A stretch of 64,000 nt of DNA from the human T2T-CHM13v2.0 reference genome, Homo sapiens, in assembly GCF_009914755.1 (NCBI RefSeq), contig NC_060933.1; one strand, given 5' to 3'. The notes under the pieces are model-generated. The model made no database searches and was not told the DNA's origin. It worked only from the letters and a program-made list of their open reading frames with translations. Every line of letters starts with the position of its first letter. Positions within the stretch are counted from its first letter, which is position 1. Made by a program: the position numbers and the translations under genes. Below, one piece after another: positions 54,489 through 64,000 of the stretch.

Positions 54489-55859
54489 ATTGGATCTCAT
54501 GAGGTAGAATAATCTGGTCCCACTTACATGTTTTTAAAGTGGCTATAGCACTTATCACACTGCATTTAAGTACTGAGTAGGTCTCTCTTTCCTACTAAAC
54601 CATGCTCCTCATTTTTTGTGCGTATATCCATAGCACCTAGCACAGTGTCTGGCACATCAGAGCATTAATGTTATAAAAACTCTTATCTGGAGGCATTCAG
54701 ATAGAATGGAAATGGAAAGTGGATTTCTGGCATTTTGACATTGGTATGTGCAACGCCCTCTGCCATTTCACTCAAATTAATTGCAGTTTTAAAGAGTGGT
54801 ATAGATAAGTAAATTGGACGGTTATGAGTGAAAAATTCCTGCATGAGAGAAAAATTGCACTTCTACTTTTAATGTTCTGAGGGTTTTTAAGTGAGAATGA
54901 TAATTTTTGAATGTAGATAAAAATTGGATAATACATGAAATATGAGAAATGGCATAGAAATAAGCAGATGAGAGAACAACTTGAAAGGATGCACTTAGAA
55001 AAACTATGATTGGTAAAAAATGCAAAAGCGTAGAATTTGATGGCATTTTGCAGGATCACAAGAAAAGAGCCTAGAAAAGGTCTTGGGAATATTTCTGGCA
55101 TGAAGGTGAAGGCTATTTGATAAGTTGAAAGGATGTGTAGAGAGGTCATTCTACTCCAGACTTGTCTTGGAAGGGAAGCGTTACAACAACACTTCAGTTT
55201 CCTTTTACCAGTCTGATGTGGCAGGGCTTTAGCACTTAGGAAGAATTTAGCAAAAAACGATTCTGAACTCCCTGCCCTGTTACGTTTCTGTTTATTGTTC
55301 GTTCCTTATATTCTCTTACTCAACCCCTTCTTTAACTGGGACTGACATAGGGGCTTGGAGGAGACCATAACAAAGGAAAAGACACAGTTTCTGACTTAAA
55401 GTTTTTAATAACAAGGGAAACAGATACTTATTGTTCAGTTATTATATAAGTTATATAATACAAGTCTGTGCAGATTATATTGCTGTGCTGAGAGGAAGTG
55501 ATTATGTCTTCTTGGATTAGAGAAGAATGTACCCTTTGAGTTGATCAGGAACGAAGTCACCAAGGTTGATGGTGAAAGGACATTTCTGGTAGAGGGGAAA
55601 CTTGATCAACAGAAACATAGAGTCATGAGTGTGCAAGGCTTGTTCCAGGAATGAGATGTAGTTTCATGAGGTATTATAGTAATGAGCATTTTCTCCACCA
55701 AGGATCAGTTTTATGGTATTTGTCCCAGGGACTCTGTTTTGGGGAAAAAATGAACTGCATGTATTACTATTCTTTTTCAACATTTCCCAGATTGTATTTA
55801 ATCAGTCATTCATAGTAATCGAATAATCATAAAAATATTTTATAATTATATAAATTGCT

Positions 55860-55980
55860 TTCTTTTTTGAGACAGGGTCTCACTGTGTTGCCCAGGCTGG
55901 TCTTGAAATCCTATGCTCAAGCAGTCCTCCTGCCTCAGTCTCCCAAATAGCTGCGATTACTGGCACATGCACCGAACCCT
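55860..55980 (-). mobile_element. FLAM / Alu monomer
   Basis: GAGACAGGGTCTCACTGTGTTGCCCAGGCTGGTCTTGAA... Confidence 0.8.
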
Positions 55981-58900
55981 AAAATTATATAAATTTCTAT
56001 TTTAGGTGTGATGCTGATAAACAACCAAATTAAGTTAATTTATAGTCCACAGATGGCATATAGTTTCCATTTCATATGCCAATCCTGATTGGTCATGATT
56101 ACCTGGAACAAAACTCTTACCTTTTAAGAGTTTTGAGACCTTTTCTGGGTTTAGTGGGAAAGAGTAACATATTTGATAGTAATGTTTCCCATGGCCCTGG
56201 AAAAATGATGTGGTAGTGTATGTACCACATTTACTATTTCTGCTGTGAACCCGTAAATGTTAGTTTTTACTGGTTCGTTAATTTCAGTGGTTACTCCCTA
56301 CTTATGGCCAAGGGTGATTATATACTAGCTGTGTTTGATCCTGGTGCCATGACTGGCTGACATGATGTAATCAACAACCAATCAGAGTTCTTAATCAACC
56401 TGAAAACTACTGACTTGATATAATACTAGCCAGAAACTGAGTACTAGACATTTTAATTTAGCTTGTACAGATTTATCGTAGGTAAATGGAACATTTTGAG
56501 ATATTCACAGGAGTGCAAAGACCCTTACTGTTTTTCATAGACTTTAGGGGATCTGCTATTTCTAGGTTGGGAGCCTGCGAGGTGCCGTGGGAGGGAGAAT
56601 GTTGCAGGATACTGGAACATAGTTTGGGATCAGATGATGAAGGACCCCTTAAGTTGTGTTCAGGAATCGGAACTTTATGTATTGAATAGTTACCAGAAGT
56701 TTTAAAGTGGAGAAATGACACAATCTTACGTTTGTTTTAGGAAGAAAACTCTGGGAGCAATTTTGAGAATGGTTTGGGGAGGGCAAAAAGGTATTCTTGA
56801 CTGAACTCATTTTACTTACACTGTCTTCTTCTGTCATTCTTCTTCTGGAATCTTCTTCTGTCATTCCTCTTTGGCAACTTGAAAATCTCCTACTTGGTTC
56901 ATTTCCCACTCCTTTCGCTTCATTTTGCTTCCTTTAAAACTACACTTACATTTTTTCCTTTCTTTGGTGTTCACTGTCTTTACTTTCTCATCTCCCTTTC
57001 ATTCAAGCTGTCATAGACTGGCGTGTGCAGCAGCACATGTGTTGGAACTGTTCTTGTTGAGGTGAACAGTGACACTCTACTCACCAGATCTGATCAGATT
57101 GACTGCTCTTCATTTCTTCCTCCTCCTGGAACTTTGTGTCATGTGATATTGCTGACCATTTCGTTCTTTAAGGTGTTCTTCCCTGACTTCCTTGACGTGA
57201 TCTTTGTCTGTTTCTCCTGTCCTCGCCATTTCTTTTCAGTCTTTATCGTCTTTTCTACTATCTACCCCTTAAGCATTGCTATTCTGTTGAGTTCTCCTTT
57301 GTGTACTCTTTTCTTTTTTATTTTCTAAGCTCTTCCTGATGAAACTCAACTGTATCCTTGACCTAAGCCACTGCTTTTAAGCTGACAGCTCTAAAACCTG
57401 CATGTTCTCCAGGCTCATATTTTCAGCTGCCTCTCCTCTGTAGCACAGGTACCCGCAATTAAACATGTCTGAAATCAGTCTTATCTTTGTGAAAGCATAA
57501 ACTTCAAAAGAAGATATAATTATGACTCTCACAAATACAGAATGAACATGTGTCAGAGATTTTATTTAACATATTAATCAATGAGGGAACCAGTAAGATA
57601 CTAAAACTAGTTGAAAGAGAAAAAGTGCCAACATTTTTAATCAGATAGGGAATGCTGAAATGCCTGTAAAACTGGAAAATACCTACCAAGCAATAATGTG
57701 TTGCATTCCACGGACATAATTTGTCTTTCTGTGAATAGGAGTCATTTGCATTATTTCCAGTTTTCTACAAGTTACTTCTGTCTCTAGAGTTAAAATAGGT
57801 TAGTCAAAGACAAAGGTGCACTCCTCTGCAGGAATAGATAATCCTTGAGGATCCAGAAATTGAAAGGATAGCTAGTAATTTTTTTTCTTCCTAGTTCAAA
57901 ATCTTCCACAAGTTTTCCTTGCATCTTCTCCAAACTTGCTGTTTTTTTTCCTGTATTCATTATCTTAGTGAGTAACATTGTCTACGTAGTAACTCTAATT
58001 AAAAACTTTGGTATCATGTTCAACATCTCCTTTGATTCTTGTGTACCCCTTTACTTACCAAGTCCTATTCTTTTTCTTAGCTGCTAAAATCTGTTTCTCC
58101 CTCATTCGACTTTTTGCAATACTGCCAGAATTGTCTTTCAGAAATATATACTTCTACATAATGCTATTGTTCTCATACTTGGAAACATTTTTGTTTTTGA
58201 ATAGCACAGTTGATAACATCCTAACTCTTTGGTGCAGCATACAAGATCCTCAACAGTCCTTATCCAAACTTGCCTTCCTAGCTATATTTACTACTCGTTT
58301 CTTCCTAAATTTCCCCAATGCTCAAGCTTCCCTGAATCCATGATATTTTTTGATACTTTTATACCCTTAACACTTGCTGTTTCCTTTGCCTGAAACAAGT
58401 TTCATTATACCTTACTTGTTTCCGAGATCCAGCCCCCATTTCCCTTCTGTTGTGAATCCCATTGCTAGTGTTTTTAGACAGTCAGCCCCTTGTTCCTTAG
58501 CACACTCAGTTGTGCTTTTCTTGCTTGCTAGATTCTTCTTCTAGATGGAGGGTTCTTGAGGCCACGGACCTGTCTTGTCTTTTATTCTCTTTTTGTGCTC
58601 AATACAAGGCCTAATGCCCTGCATCATCATTTTTGAAATGAAAACAACTAAAGTTTTTAAAAGCTCAAGTGACTAAGTAGATGCTGATAGTATTAACTGA
58701 TACACAGAGGGATAGATTGGTTTTTGAGCATGTTGAGTTTGAGATATTTATGTTGCATTTAGAAAATGTTCAGGACATAGTTGAGAATAGGAGGAGGCAA
58801 GAAAAACAGTTACAAGCATTACTAGTATGTAGGTAATATTCCAAATCATGGAAGTTTTTGAGACTATGTGCAGAATGAGAAGAGAAGATAGAGAAGAAGA

Positions 58901-59225
58901 TAAGTTGCACTAGTGACTAGTGGGCAGGAAACAAGAAAAAAATGAAATGGGTAGCAGTTAATTTTCTCCCTCTTTTATAGGATATAATGGCCTGGAAAAA
59001 AATTTAGACTAGAGGTTGTTTTTTTTTTTTGAAGGATCATTTCAAAAAAATGTGTGTGTGTGTGTGTATGGGTGTGTGTGTGTGGATTTAAAAAAAAATA
59101 GTAAGATTAATATATATTGAGTGAATACAGTAATACATTTTCATATATCATTGATTCCTGACCTTCACCACCCCAAAGATGGTTTTTATACTCTATGTAA
59201 TAGAAAGTTTTAAATGTAAAACTAG

Positions 59226-61970
59226 GACACTCAGTGGGAGTCACTTTAAAGGCAAGGAGGAGCTCTCCCTCTCCCTCTCCCTCTCCCTCTCCCTCTCCGT
59301 CTCCGTCTCCGTCTCCGTCTCCGTCTCCCCATGGTCTCCCTCTCATGCGGAGCCGAAGCTGGACTGTACTGCTGCCATCTCGGCTCACTGCAACCTCCCT
59401 GCCTGATTCTCCTGCCTCAGTCTGCCGAATGCCTGCGATTGCAGGCACGCGCCGCCACGCCTGATTGGTTTTGGTGGAGACGGGGTTTCGCTGTGTTGGC
59501 CGGGCCGGTCTCCAGCCCCTAACCGCGAGTGATCCGCCAACCTCGGCCTCCCGAGGTGCCGGGATTGCAGATGGAGTCTCGTTCACTCAGTGCTCAATGG
59601 TGCCCAGGCTGGAGTGCAGTGGCGTGATCTCGGCTCACTACAACCTACACCTCCCAGCCGCCTGCCTTGGCCTCCCAAAGTGCCGAGATTGCAGCCTCTG
59701 CCCGGCCGCCACCCCGTCTGGGAAGTGAGGAGCGTCTCTGCCTGGCCGCCCATCGTCTGGGATGTGAGGAGCCCCTCTGCCCGGCTGCCCAGTCTGGAAA
59801 GTGAGGAGCGTCTCCGCCCGGCCGCCATCCCATCTAGGAAGTGAGGAGCGCCTCTTCCCAGCCGCCATCACATCTAGGAAGTGAGGAGCGTCTCTGCCCG
59901 GCCGCCCATCGTCTGAGATGTGGGGAGCGCCTCTGCCCCGCCGCCCCATCTGGGATGTGAGGAGCGCCTCTGCCCGGCCGAGACCCCGTCTGGGAGGTGA
60001 GGAGCGTCTCTGCCCGGCCGCCCCGTCTGAGAAGTGAGGAGACCCTCTGCCTGGCAACCACCCCGTCTGAGAAGTGAGGAGCCCCTCCGCCCGGCAGCTG
60101 CCCCGTCTGAGAAGTGAGGAGCCTCTCCGCCCAGCAGCCACCCCATCTGGGAAGTGAGGAGCGTCTCCGCCCGGCAGCCACCCCGTCCGGGAGGGAGGTG
60201 GGGGGGGCCAGCCCCCCGCCCGGCCAGCCGCCCCATCCGGGAGGGAGGTGGGGGGTCAGCCCCCCCGCCCGGCCAGCCGTGCCGTCCGGCCAGCCGTGCC
60301 GTCCGGGAGGGAGGTGGGGGGGTCAGCCCCCCGCCTGGCCAGCCGTGCCGTCCGGGAGGGAGGTGGGGGGGTCAGCCCCGCGCCCGGCCAGCCGCCCCGT
60401 CCGGGAGGTGAGGGGCGCCTCTGCCCGGCCGCCCCTACTGGGAAGTGAGGAGCCCCTCAGCCTGGCCAGCCACCCCGTCCGGGAGGGAGATGGGGGGGTC
60501 AGCCCCCCCACCCGGCCAGCCGCCCCATCCGGGAGGGAGGTGGGGGGGTCAGCCCCCCGCCTGGCCAGCCGCCCCGTCCGGGAGGGAGGTGGGGGGGTCA
60601 GCCCTCCCCCCGGCCAGCCGCCCCGTCTGGGAGGTGAGGGGCGCCTCTGCCCGGCCGCCCCTACTGGGAAGTGAGGAGCCCCTCTGCCCGGCCAGCCGCC
60701 CCATCCGGGAGGGAGGTGGGGGGGTCAGCCCCCCGCCCGGCCAGCCGCCCTGTCTGGGAGGGAGGTGGGGGGGTCAGCCCTCCGCCCGGCCAGCCGCCCC
60801 GTCTGGGAGGTGAGGGGTGCCTCTGCCCGGCCGCCCCTACTGGGAAGTGAGGAGCCCCTCTGCCCGGCCAGCCGCCCGGTCCGGGAGGGAGGTGGGGGGG
60901 TCGGACCCCGCCCGGCCAGCCGCCCCATCCGGGAGGGAGGTGGGGGGGTCGGCCCCCCGCCCGGCCAGCCGCCCCGTCCGGGAGGGAGGTGGGGGGGTCA
61001 GCCCCCCGCCCGGCCAGCCGCCCCGTCCGGGAGGGAGGTGGGGGGGGGGTCAGCCCCCCCGCCCGGCCAGCCACCCCGTCCGGGAGGTGAGGGGCGCCTC
61101 TGCCCGGCCGCCCCTACTGGGAAGTGAGGAGCCCCTCTGCCCGGCCAGCCGCCCCGTCCGGGAGGGAGGTGGGGGGGGTCAGCCCCCCCGCCCGGCCAGC
61201 CGCCCCGTCCGGGAGGTGAGGGGCGCCTCTGCCCGGCCGCCCCTACTGGGAAGTGAGGAGCCCCTCTGCCCAGCCAGCCGCCCCGTCCGGGAGGGAGGTG
61301 GGGGGTTCAGCCCCCCGCCCGGCCAGCCGCCCCGTCCGGGAGGGAGGTGGGGGGGGTCAGCCCCCCTGCCCGGCCAGCCGCCCCGTCCGGGAGGTGAGGG
61401 GCGCCTCTGCCCGGCCGCCCCTACTGGGAAGTGAGGAGCCCCTCTGCCCGGCCACCACCCCGTCTGGGAGGTGTGCCCAATAGCTCATTGAGAACGGGCC
61501 AGGATGACAATGGCGGCTTTGTGGAATAGAAAGGCGGGAAAGGTGGGGAAAAGATTGAGAGATCGGATGGTTGCCGTGTCTGTGTGGAAGGAAGTAGACA
61601 TGGGAGACTTTTCATTTTGTTCTGCACTAAGAAAAATTCCTCTGCCTTGGGATCCTGTTGATCTGTGACCTTACCCCCAACCCTGTGCTCTCTGAAACAT
61701 GTGCTGTGTCCACTCAGAGTTAAATGGATTAAGGGCGGTGCAAGATGTGCTTTGTTAAACAGATGCTTGAAGGCAGCATGCTCGTTAAGAGTCATCACCA
61801 ATCCCTAATCTCAAGTAACCAGGGACACAAACACTGCGGAAGGCCGCAGGGTCCTCTGCCTAGGAAAACCAGAGACCTTTGTTCACTTGTTTATCTGCTG
61901 ACCTTCCCTCCACTATTGTCCCATGACCCTGCCAAATCCCCCTCTGTGAGAAACACCCAAGAATTATCAA

Positions 61971-62005
<35 letters not shown>

Positions 62006-62010
62006 AAAAT
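59226..62010 (+). mobile_element. Full-length young SVA (SVA_F-like) in DNAJC25 intron 1, sense orientation
   Basis: (CCCTCT)n/(CCGTCT)n hexamer from 59263, Alu-like domain, ~1.7 kb VNTR, SINE-R ending GAATTATCAATAAA, (TAAA)n tail. TSD AAATGTAAAACTAG at 59212-59225 and 62011-62024, preceded by TTTT (L1 endonuclease site). Subfamily call from remembered diagnostics. Confidence 0.95.
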
Positions 62011-64000
62011 AAATGTAAAACTAGCTGCAATATCAAATTATTACAATTTATGTACTGAGATCAAACAATTCATGATTTCCTTCAAGGGCAGGAACATAAT
62101 ATATTTTTGCCTCTGGGGAGGGGGGATGACCCTTTAAGAGAAGGAAGGATTCAGTACTTTCTTTGCTTGTGGGTTTCCTCTTGTTCACTTTTGATCTAGA
62201 TATTGGTTATGTTCCAGTCCTCCTGCATATGCCCAAGAGGATTGGGAGTGGAATGGACACCAGCAGAAGCACCACAGTTATTCCTGTAGAGATTAGAAAC
62301 AAGGAGCTTATTGCCCTGCTTGTCAAGGCTCAGGACAGACAGGAGGAAGAAACAAGTATAAAGGTTTTGGTTTTGGAAAGAAGTTGGAATCTCCAGACCC
62401 TGGGACCTTAAGATCCACAAAATTGCTGAAAGAAAAAGTACTACCTTATTGAAAGGTAAGATATTAAACTGTTTTAAGGTTTAAGCTATGTTAGCCACAG
62501 TAGCATATTTTCATAAACTATGAATTCAAGCAGTCACTTCTGCCAAACTGAAGTTTTTATGACATCGCCACCCATCCAGCCTTGCTGGTGAGATGGAGAC
62601 CTATGTAGTGGAGAGATGCATATTGCAAGGAAAAACCTTCACAAAAGTTCACTCGTTTTTGAAATAATGTTTACTGAATGCCAGGCACTGTACTAGGCCT
62701 TGGAGTTACCCTACCTACTTTCCAGAACTTCTCATTCTAAGAAAAGAAAAAAACTGATGATTACAATGTGATAAGTGCTATAATAAATAGGTACCAAGTG
62801 TAATAAGAACGATCCAACTGTCTGGGGCAGTAATGTTTACATTCTAAAGGATTAATAGGACTCATGAGGTTCAAATTAGAGAGAAATAGACATTTGAAGA
62901 CATAGGTATGAAAAGGAACATTGTGTTGGAATAACACACCAAATTCCAGAAATTGCTGTCTGAATGTTTGCTATGGGTAAAAGAGGGGAAACTGATAAGG
63001 GATGTTGCTAGGTAGGTAAGTTTGGACCAGTTGTGAAGGCCTGGTGGCATGCAAAGGAAATTTTAACTTTGGCCATGGGAAAGCACTGGAGATTAAAAAA
63101 AAAAAAAAAATTGTGTGGCTACCTTAGTTCAAGATGAGTACGAAAAAAATAAGAATGTACCTTAGCTTTCTACTTGAGTCCCAGAAGGATGGTCCTTCTT
63201 ATTATGTCTTTTCTTTGCTAATATTCTTGGTATCCTCTTGTTCTTACTAGGTTGATTCTAAACTTTGTAGGTTACTAAAGAGCAGAATTTTGACTTAGGC
63301 TGTTGAGAACTCCTAAGTTTTACCTATTTGTGCTGCTCTTGATTCTAAAGTATATGCATGCCTCACTGATCATCATCAGTATGCATGAAAACTGATCATT
63401 TTCTTCATTTTGGAGAGAAAGCTTTAAGCCCTAGAATGGAGATAAAATAAGTTGAATAAATGCTGTAACGAGGAAGTGGCCAACTTTTTAGTCTAATCAT
63501 GGCCAAAACAGGGTCATAAATTTGTGGTGACCCTAAAGAAAAGAAAACCATCCAAAGAGAAGTCAGACTTGACCCTGAGATGTCTTGCAGGAATTTGGTA
63601 GTTTGAGGACTCCATTAGGGGACCTTGAACAGATTGCACAGGCTCTGCTTGCAGTAGAGAGGCCAGACACAAGGTATAAATTTTGGAGTTGCTTGTGTTG
63701 GAGCATTAGTTGACCATTGTGTTAAAGGAATTCAGGACTTGGTAAAGTCAATAATCTAGAAACCAGTGAGAAAATGGTGACCCTGGTGAAAGATCTGAGT
63801 GAAATGTTTGAAGAGGGATGATATCTACGTTCTGTAGAACAGAGATAAGAGAACAAAAAGAGAAGATAGTCACTGGACACATGATGTCCGCTTACCAGAT
63901 TTCAACGACACTCCAAGACCTTACTCCATATACTTCAACCAGGAGGAGTGCAGACAGCCGGGGCAAAGGGCTGCACAGAGACAATGAGGCTCATAGGAGT

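Noticed and set aside
59700-61470. Regular repeats resembling a CRISPR array, and many Pro/Gly/Arg-rich ORFs
   Set aside because: This is the SVA VNTR: tandem GC-rich units with no unique spacers or cas genes. The ORFs are a by-product of GC richness.
63480-64000. Possible DNAJC25 exon 2 near the right edge
   Set aside because: I found no reading frame continuing the J-domain and no convincing acceptor; exon 2 appears to lie beyond the window.

Overview
Human (great-ape-type) genomic DNA that I recognise as the chr9q31 PTGR1 / LRRC37A5P / DNAJC25 interval. Minus strand: PTGR1 non-coding exon 1 (~18981-19025) and coding exons 2-6 (codons 1-165, all GT-AG, phases consistent). About 9 kb upstream lies a ~1.3 kb unprocessed, frameshifted LRRC37A pseudogene fragment. 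Plus strand: the DNAJC25 CpG-island promoter, exon 1 (signal peptide + J-domain) and the first ~13 kb of intron 1. The rest is repeat-rich: ~50 Alus, two SVAs, HERV-K-group solo LTRs, MaLR LTRs and old L1/MIR/MER fragments. I see no novel protein-coding system, RNA gene or CRISPR array. The most unusual structures are (1) a ~180 bp mitochondrial ND2 insert (NUMT) in DNAJC25 intron 1, framed by a perfect 24-bp inverted repeat and fused to a 98%-identical 132-bp local duplication plus fold-back hairpins; (2) a young SVA with a 37-nt 5' transduction inside its target-site duplication; (3) an internal templated re-copy in the LRRC37 pseudogene that keeps the unshifted frame; (4) an apparently chimeric HERV-K LTR. 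Repeat family names and reference-protein comparisons are from memory, not from database searches.
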